A stretch of DNA of 62,278 bases, filler included, from Choristocarpus tenellus KU-1152 (Eukaryota; Protista; Phaeophyceae): the NCBI GenBank assembly GCA_964200185.2. It is 10 parts of 10 records of this genome, joined end to end, with 100 filler letters (N's around TTAATTAATTAA, not from the genome) between each part and the next. Parts side by side here need not be neighbours in the genome. Positions count along the whole stretch, not along the records: positions 49,234 to 54,860 come from CAXNAD020010205.1; positions 54,961 to 58,469 come from CAXNAD020019547.1; positions 58,570 to 62,278 come from CAXNAD020018385.1; 7 more parts are not named here. The stretch is one strand, 5' to 3'. This document shows positions 50,494 through 62,278 of this stretch, piece by piece. A model generated the notes under the pieces. The model saw only the letters and a list, made by a program, of their open reading frames with translations. It was not told the DNA's origin and made no database searches. The position numbers were made by a program, and so were the translations under genes. How positions within the stretch are numbered: position 1 is the first letter of the stretch; each line of letters starts with the position of its first letter.

Positions 50494-51273
50494 TTGATTC
50501 AGCAGTGATACTGTTTGATATTTGATATATAGTATTGGCTTGATTCAGCAGTGATACTGTTTGATATTTGATATATAGTATTGACTTGATTCAGCAGTGA
50601 TACTGTTTGATATTTGATATATAGTATTGACTTGATTCAGTCGTGATACTGTTTGATATTTGATATATAGTATTGGCTTGATTCAGCAGTGATACTGTTT
50701 GATATTTGATATATAGTATTGGCTTGATTCAGCAGTGATACTGTTTGATATTTGATATATAGTATTGGATTGATTCAGCAGTGATACTGTTTCATATTTG
50801 ATATATAGTATTGACTTGATTCAGTCGTGATACTGTTTGATATTTGATATATAGTATTGGCTTGATTCAGCAGTGATACTGTTTGATATTTGATACATAG
50901 TATTGACTTGATTCAGCAGTGATACTGTTTGATATTTGATATATAGTATTGGCTTGATTCAGCAGTGATACTGTTTGATATTTGATACATAGTATTGGCT
51001 TGATTCAGCAGTGATACTGTTTGATATATAGTATTGGCTTGATTCAGCAGTGATACTGTTTGATATTTGATATATAGTATTGGCTTGATTCAGCAGTGAT
51101 ACTGTTTGATATTTGATATATAGTATTGACTTGATTCAGTCGTGATACTGTTTGATATTTGATATATAGTATTGGATTTATTCAGCAGTGATACTGTTTC
51201 ATATTTGATATATAGTATTGACTTGATTCAGCCGTGATACTGTTTGATATTTGATATATAGAATTGACTTGAT
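50494..51273. repeat. 46-bp minisatellite, about 17 copies
   Basis: Unit TTGATTCAGCAGTGATACTGTTTGATATTTGATATATAGTATTGGC head-to-tail without spacers; one unit near 51000 lacks 7 bp. Confidence 0.97.
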
Positions 51274-51903
51274 CAACACTGGTAGTGGTTAATCTATGAT
51301 CAGTCCTGACGACACCTTTAGTCTTGACTTGTACTGTATATCCATATTGCTGTCAATATTAATAGTGCTCTGATTACTCCATCATCCAACAATTTCTATT
51401 GATTACCAGTGGGACAATCCACCCGCTTAACAGTTGTTCTTCCACTCTAACATTTCTAACAGTGTACCTTTCTGAAGGTATACCTTTCGACCAGTCTCAA
51501 GCACATAGTGCATTCCCCTCTCCATATATCAACAATGCTCCTGTTCAAACCCTAAGTCTAGCTTAGCATTTGAAGCCCTGAAGCCAGCATCTATTGCATG
51601 ACCTTCCATTGATCTAAACCTTACCTTTATACCTAACCCTAACCCCTACATTATGTCTTCGTATTTATATAAACCTACCCCTAACCTCACTACCTCACAT
51701 AGCCCTGACCCGAATCTCACACGTTTGTATTTCCCTTGCCCTAACCTCACTACCTCATGTAACCATAACCCTAACCTCGGTGCATTACATGACCCTTGCA
51801 ATTTCATGGTTGTATTTTTTTTAAAGCTGTGCCGCAGTAGCGGTATAGGGGAGGGGCATCACAAACTATTCCAGCTTGCGACAACTATTGTAATATATAA
51901 TAA

Positions 51904-51934
<31 letters not shown>

Positions 51935-52064
51935 CACTGTCTTACTAAAGGAGCTTGGTTTGATAGCGCTTTGATGTTGGTGTCAATGTTGGTGTTAATG
52001 TCATGAACATTCTTGACTTGGCAACACCAATTGCTCACTAAAACATTGAAATGCCCTCACACAG

Positions 52065-54426
52065 GGGCCGTGCCATGGAGGAACACATCCCTCTCCTCAG
52101 GGGAAAGGTTGGGGCAGAGGCCAAGGCCGTGGAGAAGAGGCTGGGGGAACTGCTTGCTGGTTGGGAGAAGGGCAAACCACTTTCGAGGGACCACACGCCT
52201 TCGCAGGTGAATGGGTTTTGCCAACATGCCTCCCTAACCCTTCTATTTGTAGTCGTTTATGACTACTTCTGTTGCATCCGTTAGCAGTTGTGAGCTTTAA
52301 AAGAAAAATGGTTTGCACTTGAAATGTCTGTTTCTGTGATATCTTTTCTCATTTGTTAAAAATATAGTACCGGTGGTTGTTAATTATTTTAAATGTCTGT
52401 ATCTGCATACCAATCACCATCTCGGACTAGTTGCTGAGAAGGAGGAAAAGTCATCATGATGGCAGGGAAGGGCGGAAATTATTTTAATCTGGACTAGATA
52501 TTGTTCTGTGTTGTAGTTGTTTGCTATTTTTTTTTGTGACATGTTGGCGGTAACACATCTTTTTTTATTTTTGGTCTAGTTTTTTTTTCAAGTTTTTTGG
52601 TGTATTTGGGTTAGAGTTAGGGTTAGGGTTAAGGGATGCTGAAGTTGACTTTTTTATACTTTATTACATGTGTGGTATTTGGGGGTCTGTGTTACATACA
52701 CGGAATATGGAACAGTAATAATAATAATGCCAAAATGATAGGATTGAGGGATATGGTACAGGGGTGATGTTTGCCCTAACGAAATAGCCTGCACTTGAAA
52801 CATTGAGCCAAACAGATGGAGTACTCCTATATTTTCACCACTAGAGTTGCACCGCTAGAGTACCGTGCACACAATGTCAAAAGAAAAGATTGGGTGGATT
52901 GGTCCTAGATTTGCACCAATGGAGTACCTGTGACTTTAACATTGAGCCAACCAATTGACTGCATTGATCCTAGATTTGCACCAATGAAGTATCTGCAATT
53001 TTAACATTGAGCCAACCAATTTACTGCATTGATTCTGTATTTGTAGTAAGATAATATGCTTCACATAAGATTAGTTCTCTGTAGCAGTATAGCAATAATA
53101 ATAACAGCGATAATTGATATTTTTAATAGCAATATCGATCATTAATAATAGAAATATTATTAGCAATAATAATTAATAGAAGTATTTACAGCGATATCAA
53201 TATTTAATAGTAGAAATATTAATAGCAATAATAATGATGAATAGTAGAAGCATTAAGAGCAATATCAATAATTAATAGTAGAAATATTTAAAGCAAAATA
53301 ATAATTGATAGTAGAAATATGAATCGCAGTAACAATAATAAAAATTCTATTAATATTTATATTCTTTATTGCTGCTATTGTCGGGATATCTATGTGTGTG
53401 TGTATGTGTGTTGTTGTTGCAGGCCTTGGAAACACTGGGTCGGTTTAGTATAGTGGCTAGTCGACTCAAGACGGACACAGACCTCCTTGCCATTGCCAGG
53501 GATGCACTGTCCCTTGACTCCAGCGGGAGGGACATGCTGGGCCCAGTACAGGAGGAGCTAAAGGACCTCAAGGAGGTACTGTATACCACAAGTGGTTGTA
53601 CTTTGTACCACACATGCGGGAGACAATACCCTATATTCACTAACGTACTTGTGGTGCCTGATCTTGGTGTCAACTTGTATTCTGCATCCATAGAAACAAG
53701 GGTGAATTGCGAAATATGGAAAAAAATTAGCGAAGATTACCTTTACGTAACCCTAAGCCTAACTCTGATATAACAACAGCATCACTCTGCTTGCCTAACA
53801 AATGTACCCTAACACCTTCCAAAGTGTACTATTAATTTTTTTTTTTTGATACTTCCGACTAACTACTCTTCTGCTGTGCCATACCCATCCATACCTTAGT
53901 CCTCTTACTCTCCAAGGTGTGTGATGAACGATTGCATTGCATTGCATTGCATTGCATTGCATTGCATTGAGGTGGTGTATTGCTGTAAGTCAATCCTTTC
54001 CTGTAAGGAGAGTTTGATATTTTTTCTCCTTTTTTCACCTTTTTTTTTTTTTTCAGAGTACGGCGTTGTTGCCCTGAACGATTGCATTGATAGGCGTTTT
54101 GATTGCGGAGGGCGAGTGGGTCAGGCCTGATTCTGTGCATGGTGGGCTTGACACCAGTTTGTAATTCAGCTCTACTTTGCGGGGGTGGTAGGGGATGTCG
54201 ACTGTCTTGTCTTCCTCGAAAAATGCATGTCAGAGGTGTGGAAAACTCTACCTCCTAGAGGAGGCGAGGCAGTCGCACCTGCTCTTCTCTTTTTACGAAG
54301 GTCTTGTTTTTTTATTTATTTGTAAGTATTTGTGTGTAGATTAAAAAAATAATCACACAGTGCCAGTGCGGTAAGCTTTGTGCATTCCACAAAATATAGG
54401 TGCTTATTATAATGTTTGGATGTCGT

Positions 54427-54463
<37 letters not shown>

Positions 54464-54651
54464 AATAACTGGGTTTCGTATAGGTGTGGGAGGCCATGTC
54501 CTACGTTTGGGAAAAGGTCAGTGAGCTGGAGGAGACTTCATGGTTGCAAGCAGTGCCTCGTAAGATCAGGAAGGCGTTGGATTCTATTCTCGACCACATG
54601 CGTTCACTCCCCAACAGGGTTCGCCAGTACGAGCCTTACGACCATGCTCAG
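52065..54651 (+). CDS. DYNC1H1: Cytoplasmic dynein-1 heavy chain, internal exons (about 52065-52206, 53423-53575, 54484-54651)
   Basis: AVEKRLGELLAGWEKGKP|ALETL...ARDALSL...EELKDLKE|VWEAMSYVW...W..AVPRKIRKALD...LPNRVRQYEPY is collinear with the cytoplasmic dynein-1 tail/linker region; phase-0 GT-AG junctions. Confidence 0.92.
52903..53033. repeat. 66-bp tandem duplication in a dynein intron
   Basis: CCTAGATTTGCACCAATG.AGTA.CTG...TTTAACATTGAGCCAACCAATT.ACTGCATTGAT x 2. Confidence 0.85.
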
Positions 54652-54984
54652 GTTAGTTTGTTAGGAGTAGTACTCTTCACTGATTATCTAGAACTAAACC
54701 AAAAGCACTACCTGTTAAAAAAAATAACGAATTCAAAACGACGGGAAGAAGACAAAATTTCTAAGAATAAATGTACCTCTCCCCTCTTTTTTTTTTCGAA
54801 ATTTCTTGAAAAAAGTTTTTAATAATATATTTAAATTAGGATAATAAAAGAATTGTTTTCNNNNNNNNNNNNNNNNNNNNNNNNNNNNNNNNNNNNNNNN
54901 NNNNTTAATTAATTAANNNNNNNNNNNNNNNNNNNNNNNNNNNNNNNNNNNNNNNNNNNNTCGTACTTTTTTGGGAGGGGTTTT

Positions 54985-55029
<45 letters not shown>

Positions 55030-55270
55030 GTGGTGGGGGGGGGGGGACTGTGAAAGTGTGCCTTTCAATCAATATCCAGACCTTCTCGGCATTAGTGGGT
55101 GCCATTCTGGGGTTCCAATATGCAACCAACGCTCTGTCTCTATGTCTAAGCCTCTCACATGTCCATGCCAGCATGTATAGATACTCCAGACTCCAGAGTA
55201 TGTCTCGTTCCATATGTAGATGTACATTTTACCATAGTCTGCCTCTTCATTGCCTTGTTCAATGTGACAG

Positions 55271-58200
55271 GAGAGGGCTGGTATTCGCAATGCCAAAAGA
55301 AGAGTATTGCTTGACCAATTGGCTGCGGCGGAGGAGTGGAAAGGAGAGGTGAGCAATAACAGAGGGGGGGGGGAGTTGCAGGCATTATTGGAGTGTAATT
55401 TTTGCATTTTATCTGCAGCAGTACATGTTGGTTCTTCCCTCAGAATGTTCTGTGCGAAATTTGTATTATTTTTTTCTCAGGTATGCCCTGGAAGAGGATG
55501 TAGAAGGGTATCTGTTGAGAAGTGCACTGTGGCAGAACTAGGTCTATGACTGAGCCTTGAACCCTAATGTATTTGATACTACGTAGTGTTTTCTGATGTG
55601 CTTGGCAGGCCTCTAGCTAGTTCCCTTTGATAGACATCCATGCAGGTAAGTGAAAAGAGGTCAAACCAACCCTTAAAGTCACTGTTTTTGTGATAGGTCC
55701 CTTACTCCTATGTGTTTTGGTGTTGTTGAGTGATGTCCAGATTCTGAGTATTTTTACTACCCTGTTTTATATTTTAGTCTTCACAGGGTTGGAGGAGTTG
55801 AAAAGCACATGCGCCCTATTAGCAGGATGTGCCACAAGTGTAGGCCTGCGTTATTGTGGAGTATGTTGCCTGAGGTACTGTGTCCTTTGCCCTCCATTGT
55901 TGGCATGATTCTTAACCAGGTTCATGGGGAGGCGTTTTCTACCACTGTGGAGCGTGTGCTCACCCTGCGTGCTGAGTTATTATTGGAGGTGCAAGCAGAA
56001 GTCAACGCAAAAGGAGTTGCAATGGCAGGGGGAGCGCAGGATGGGAGTGTTTTGTTTGATGGTGGGTCTAAGGACAAGTTGGTTCCCCCCTTGGAAGAAC
56101 TGGTTGCCGAGAAGCTTGAGGAGCTCAAAGTTATGGACAAAGACGAATTGGACAAGGCAGGGGACAAACTGGGAGAAGGAGTGGGGGGTTTGAGGGGCGG
56201 GGAAGGAGAAAAGGAGGACAAAAGCGGTAAGGACAATGCTGTCAGTCGACAAGAAGGAGGCAAGAGGGGAATTGTGTATGTTTTTGTTTTGAATTGTGAA
56301 ATATTGAGAAGGTGGGCATACTGATTTCAGGTACCCTGTCTGTCTCTATCCTTAGAGCCTCTACTTCTACTTTGTGCACTTGTGTGTCTCTATTGTTGGA
56401 GAAATGTTTGCTCTGAGAAATGGGCAGTGCTTTCCTAAGGATTGGAAACGCTTGCTTGGCTTGTGGTGGAATGAGTCCTCTTGGCATTTTGATTGGTTTG
56501 GGCCGCAAGACCTTTGTGTGTGACTTGTAGCTATCACATGCTACTTTGTGAGGTCACATTTGGATTCTAGTAGGCACATATCTCCATTATGTTGTAAGAT
56601 CTTTGGTACTTGCAGTCCAGGTTGAGGAATAGATTTGTGTTAGTGGATTCTGCGTCCTATAGGGGGGTTGTGCACTACGCTTTGTTTGAGCCTTTGGTAT
56701 GTACGTGGAATCTATTGTGTGTGCTACAAGAGAGCTGTAGCCCCTTCTCAATGCATGAATTTTTGTTGTCCACAGGTAGAACAATGGCTTTGCTCAAGAG
56801 TAACAAGGAAAGGATGCTTGGTTTTTTCATCAAACCTGATTTTAGTCTAGGTTTCCCTCAATAGATATACTCCCACTTTTTGTTGTTGATCATTTCTCCA
56901 GATCGACCCAGCACGGAAGGGGATGCCACAGCATTGCCACATGGCCATGGCATGGTCAAGGACTGGCCGTGGACCACAGCTTGGTTTTCTGCTCCTTCGG
57001 GGCCATCTGTGAATTGGGGGAGGACTGTGGGTGGTGTTGGGGGCAGGGGAGGTAGAGAAGACCTCCCAAGGGTCACAGCCCCAATTTTTATAGAGCTTGT
57101 GGCAGTGGAGGTGGTGGATGGGAAGGACTCAGATGCAGCTCACATTGAGGTTAGTAGGAGAGGGAAGCATTGGGGCAGTAGGTAGAGTAGAGTTCGATAC
57201 TGTGCTTGGATGTGTGTCTTTTGACAGGACTGTGGGAGAGGCAGGTGTTGTGGTGGTTGTAAGGATTTCTTGAAGGTGGTGATATCTGGTTGGTATGTGC
57301 TCCTGTTGATCAAACCCTGTGTGCTATGTGCAAGTCCTTGACCTTTTGGCAGTCTCCTTGCCTCTGGCGGATTATGCTTCTAGCAGCAACGAGCGTGTTG
57401 TGTTTTTCGTTTTGTCATCCTGCAGTGGGGGTAAGGCCTGTCTGAAGCCAAGTTGACCCAGTGAGATGATTTATTTTGGCTCTATTGTAGCAGGTCTCTT
57501 TGTTTCTTGCTGTGCGATGAAATGGAGATAGATCAATGTATGACTGCGATTGGAATGTTTTCTTTTGAGCTGGTAGTCAAGGAGAACATATGCTCGATAC
57601 TTGTATTTTGAATTGCCTTGTACCTCTGTTCCTCCCATCTTTGCTCCCTCTCCCCCTCCCCGCCCATGTACTCCTGTGTGTGTCCACACTCTGTCTGATC
57701 GCACACACTGCAGGAACCTTCATATGACCTCACTGCACCCACACCGTCCACCTCCCTGTTCACACACCCACCTACCCACCCACCCCTTACTTTCACACTC
57801 CCCAACCTGGTACTTTTGCCCTTTGTTGGACCTGCCTTGTTATTTGCGAACTTGTGCAGTATGTTCTGCGCATAACCTACCGAGAGGAACATCAGGTCCT
57901 GGGAAACGGGCTGCTGGGGGAGGGGAATGTTGCTGAAGGAAGGCACAGTGGTGGGGGCAACAGGGGGGGTTGGGGGGAGGGAGGGGGGCGAGGGGAGGGA
58001 GGGGAGCGAGGGGAGGGAGGAGTTATTTCTATGAAAGACTATCTCATTGGCGAAAGGGTGGTGAAGGATCCACCACTTCGATCATTGGCAGTACTTGTGA
58101 ATGCCGCGTCGGGACTAAGGCAGCGCTCTCGTACGTTGAGCAAGCGTTTGACAAGCCTCTGTGCACTGCATGCAGGCGTTGTTGGGGAGATGAGGGTGGG

Positions 58201-58276
58201 GGATGGTGGCGGAAGGGGGACCTTCAAGATCGAGCCACCGGCTTTCCCGGACCCCTTTAGCCTGGGTAATTTGGAG
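55271..58276 (+). CDS. Hypothetical multi-exon protein, internal fragment
   Basis: Exon-like segments after pyrimidine tract/AG: about 55271-55348, 55787-55874, from 55920 (VHGEAFSTTVERVLTLRAELL...), 56901-57149, 57860-58276 (YVLRITYREEH...PDPFSLGNLE|GT); no family recognised. Confidence 0.55.
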
Positions 58277-58357
58277 GTGAGAAAAGGTTGAAGGAGGTGT
58301 GTGAGATGGTGTGTGTGGCAGTGCCTGAAGGAAGTATTTTGTACATCCTGAGGAATT

Positions 58358-58405
<48 letters not shown>

Positions 58406-61149
58406 AAAAGAAAAGGGGATACGTGGTGTGTGTAAAAGTTTTTTTTTTTTTTGTTTTTTGGGTCTCACGNNNNNNNNNNNNNNNNNNNNNNNNNNNNNNN
58501 NNNNNNNNNNNNNTTAATTAATTAANNNNNNNNNNNNNNNNNNNNNNNNNNNNNNNNNNNNNNNNNNNNCTGTTTCTTACCTCTACTTATTGGGATTGGG
58601 TATTGGTTATTGGGGTTGGTGGGTGGGTGTTTTTTCACCCGCTCCCGAGAGATAAATAATTATAAAAAATGTGTATTTTGGGAGGGTTTTTAAGACAACC
58701 TGGGACGCATTCCCCCCCCTCCCCCAAATGACTCTTCCAGGCTGTGTGGAAGCTGTGGTGTAATTTTTAATTGTGTGTGTGGAAAATGTCTGAGTGTACA
58801 CTTGTGGGGAAAATGTCTGTGTGTGTGGAGGTGAAAGGTGGATTATTATTAGGTATGTCTCAGAAGTGTCTCGGAAGTGTCTTGGAAGTGAGAGAGGTTA
58901 CAGGTTACAGGTTACGATGGAGAGCTACTTGTCGAGGTGAAGATTTTTTCTATGTATAATTTGGTCACCGTATCTCTGTTGAAAAAGAATAAATAAACGT
59001 GAGGATATTATTATACATGATATATATTTTTTGGTATAGAGTCAAAGGCTTCTTTTTTTCATGTGGCTGGGTGTTCTTAACCTTATTTTTATTGTTTTTT
59101 GAACCAAAACACACACACACACACACTTCATGGTTTATTTGATTTGATTTGATTTGACGGTGAGTGCACCCACACGTGTGTATTGGAGAGCCTTGCAATC
59201 TCTGCACTCCGGATGTACAGCAAGCTAACCCTAACCCTAACCCTAAGTCGTGTTCTCATCTCACTATGGCGTTGTTGTGTCCTACAAACACCACAATAGC
59301 ATGTATGTGTATGTAAGGAATGCATTTTACATCCTCCCCACATGTGTTTTGTTTATAGTGTCTGTCTTTGTATTGGTCCTTCTAGCGTCAGGGTTAGGGT
59401 TAGGGAGAATTCTGCTGTTAATGCATTAAGGGTTAGGGTGCCAGGCACCAATGTAGATGTGTTGTGGGTGGTATACATGGCTCGGAATGTTTGTTTGGCT
59501 GTTGAGGCACAAGGCTGGAGTGGGGTCACTCGAGGTGAGGACAACGAGTTTTGCTGGGTGTGTTGTAGTGTGATAGTGTAGAAAACAGATGAATGATACC
59601 GGAAAAGTGATAAATATGTGTGCATTATATATATACTATTATGTACTATACTTATTTCAGTGTGTACCATTGTTATTCATAGGTCGATCACCAAGAGCTG
59701 TATACACCATTGCTTAAGAGTAGTTTGATGTGTCTTGATGGAAAATTCAATGATTCTCTTTTGTGTCTTGATGCCAATCACAATCGATGATGTGCATGCC
59801 AACCAGCAAGGCATCCCATACAGTCCTCCAGATCAGTCTGGGTTCCGGTGCCCGAGTGTGTTAAAATGGTGAGTCACGACTTGTTTGTGTAGATGGAGGC
59901 CAAGGGTTTGACATTTCTTTTCCCATAATTGATTGTACTATTACTGGTAAGTGTATTATTTTAGTAATATAGCATGCACTAATAGCGTTAGAATTCTTGA
60001 CTTGACTTGTACGGAAGATCTGCGTTGTGTATTCTTATTGAGGAGGGTGGTGCTGATCTATACTGTCACACATGATGCACTAGTAATATTCGTTGGAGGG
60101 GACCTGCCCGAACTGTCCTCATTCTTCATGAATGCTCTAGTGCTGGATGTGGATAGCAAAAAGCACCCAAGTAGGTGAGATTCATCCTGTCTCATCAGAG
60201 AAGATGTATTAAGGCTCTTGTCTGATCCACCCTCATTTCCACACCTGAAATGCAGCTAACCCACCAGTTGTTAGGTTGTGAATGTTGTAAGAAAGAGATC
60301 AACATTGATCCACTAAATGGTTCTCATGAAATCACCCTGCAGAGTTGTGCCAAACACACATCCTACATATGTAAGTACGTACATAACCCACAGACAGCCA
60401 AGTCACAGGAGCCTCACATATTCAACAATCAACTACCTTCCTCCAAGACTGAATATTCCAACAATATGATGATATTGAATGTACTGGATGAAATGAGCAC
60501 TACTAACACTACCACTACTACTACTAGTGTGGTGATGTTTTTAACTCTTGGAAATACTATTATTATTTTTATTGCACTGTACTATTTTATTGGATGTAGT
60601 ATGTAGTACAATAGTGAACATAGGGACGAATCTTTCTTGTTTTGCAGAGGTGAAAGAAAAAAAAACGGATAGTAACGTGGTGAACGATAAACAGTGCCCA
60701 ATTTTTTCATGCTCTATACTTCCTGTATCAGAATGAAAGGGTGCAGGACTTCCTGTTACCTCTCGATGAGTTCGACTCTATTGTGTACAGCATGTTTCTA
60801 TCTACATCTCCGGTAAACCAATCAATCGGTGGTCCCACAATGGTTTGCTTGGTTGAGTCAGTGGAACGCCCACACATTTATTTTTTTTAGTGATGAAGTG
60901 CATGGGGTCATTGAACTAGTATTATTGGTACTGAGTCGAGGAAAGCAAAGCGCTGACATAGCCATAGCAAATCCGACCCAAAAGAGAGTCAGTCATGCCG
61001 AAATCTAGTCAACAAGGATTTTTAACAATAATCAGTGGGGTTTTTTTTTTTTTACTATTATCATTGTAGAACTCAAAAATATTTCTAGTTGAACTATTTG
61101 GTCAGACTGGGGTGCACAAGTAACTGTAAACATTAATTCATCTGTCCTG

Positions 61150-62100
61150 GTAGGATGAATCAAGTCGAAGTCCAAACACCCTGTTACGAACAATCAAGCC
61201 CTCAAAATCTCTGACATCACCTTGTTGTATGCAATAGTTGATGAGGTACCCTCCCTCCGAAAATGAACACCTCAAGACTGAGCCTTGTTACCAAGGCAAA
61301 GGGGAGGGGTGCAGCTGTTGGAGAAGAAGGCGACTGAAATCACCAACAATGCATTCAACAACGCTGACTTCAGCAACAGCCAGAGAGACCCGTGGGTAGA
61401 GAGAGAGCGCGCAAACCGTTGCACATTAGACTCCATTATGAGACACTTCAGAACGTGGTGTGGAAACTTCGTATCAAATTTGACATCGGTATCCAATTCT
61501 ACCAAAAAAAACTGTATCAGAAGCTTTTGACACTTGATGCGACCCATATCATTGCCTGCCTACAAACAAGCAGTATTGACCGATCAACCTGCTTGTGGCC
61601 TTCATGAGCTTTGAACCCTCTGGCATTGATTGGCACAATAATGAATAAAGAACTACTCTCTCGAAAACACACCTGGCTAGGGTTTATATGTGTATATACA
61701 GAGGGGATAAATGGAAGATGTACAATAAAGGGCATGTTTTTTTACAGTTGTCTCTCCTCAAGACTTCCCAATGCATATATATACATCAAAAATACTACCA
61801 CATTCAGAAGGTTTCCCACTTTCAACTGTACATATAGCAGAACAGTACATTCACATCTACCGAAAGTCAATTGTACAAGCACAAAAGCCCTCACATACAT
61901 TGCCACCTAATCGAAGACCTAAATGGACAATGGGCTACTATACACTAGTGCATTCCGGAAATACAACCTCCTTCCAATAGTCAGCAGACCCTTGTACTAC
62001 ATGGCATCTGCAATCCTTAGTGAGGATCCTTCTTTTCAACAAAATTTTAGGTCTCTAAATGTTGTGGGTAGGCAAGCAAAGACCTTCACATACCTCACAT
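61150..62100 (+). pseudogene. Decayed hAT-like transposase C-terminal region
   Basis: IKPSKSLTSPCC and KYNLLPIVSRPLYYMASAILSED.SF loosely match hAT l.p.k..t and yP.L..vAr..l...asS..sEr.F motifs; many stops. Confidence 0.3.
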
Positions 62101-62103
62101 CCA

Positions 62104-62278
62104 TGCTCAAAGTATCTTTGGGGGGGTGGGGGTGAGGGGGTGGCGGCTGTCCATTCGGGGCCCATTTTGCAATGTCACAATTTTTGTCTGATTTGGTTCC
62201 ATGCATCGGATGGATAATGTAATTGCAAATCTCCTGGTTAGGACCCGAATGGACACCCTGGTGTTACCCCCCCCCCAG
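62104..62278 (-). mobile_element. MITE family B copy running to window end
   Basis: GCTCAAAGTATCTTTGGGG...TGTCCATTCGGG...GATTTGGTT...AATGGACACCCTGG...CCCCCCAG. Confidence 0.88.

Noticed and set aside
50494-51273. Possible CRISPR array
   Set aside because: Head-to-tail units with no unique spacers, no cas genes, eukaryotic context.
54975-55046. Long poly-G runs as G-quadruplex or poly-Gly/Pro coding
   Set aside because: Located near contig ends (also about 58372 and 8904), where homopolymer length is unreliable.

Overview
Eukaryotic, intron-rich, repeat-rich draft genomic DNA. The window is ten contigs joined by an artificial 100-nt spacer (N-run, TTAATTAATTAA, N-run), so adjacency across spacers has no meaning. 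Approximate contigs: 1-8992, 9093-20894, 20994-25234, 25335-35329, 35430-39825, 39926-45035, 45136-49133, 49233-54860, 54961-58469, 58570-62278. Partial host genes recognised by eye: SEC12/PREB-like WD40 GEF, an ODF3/SHIPPO-repeat protein, a RanBP2-zinc-finger protein, an SPT5-like KOW terminal exon, an ER DnaJ plus thioredoxin-fold co-chaperone (ERdj3A-like), cytoplasmic dynein-1 heavy chain, and one unassigned multi-exon gene. Long GT-AG introns, TTAGGG tracts, ODF3 and the Copia motifs fit a stramenopile such as a brown alga or relative (inference only). Most of the rest is mobile DNA: decayed Copia elements (one with LTR, half-tRNA-Met PBS and gag, plus a solo LTR with a visible empty site), two MITE families sharing terminal and subterminal motifs with 3-bp TSDs, hAT fragments and minisatellites. 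The best novelty candidates are (i) a ParB/Srx-fold-like ORF (23561-24007) behind a long repeat array and bracketed by an inverted copy of its apparent next coding segment, and (ii) a decayed element in contig 1 combining a Sola2-like transposase C-terminus with Tudor/SH3-like segments, possibly related to the 3-bp-TSD MITEs. All homology calls are motif recognition; no searches were run.
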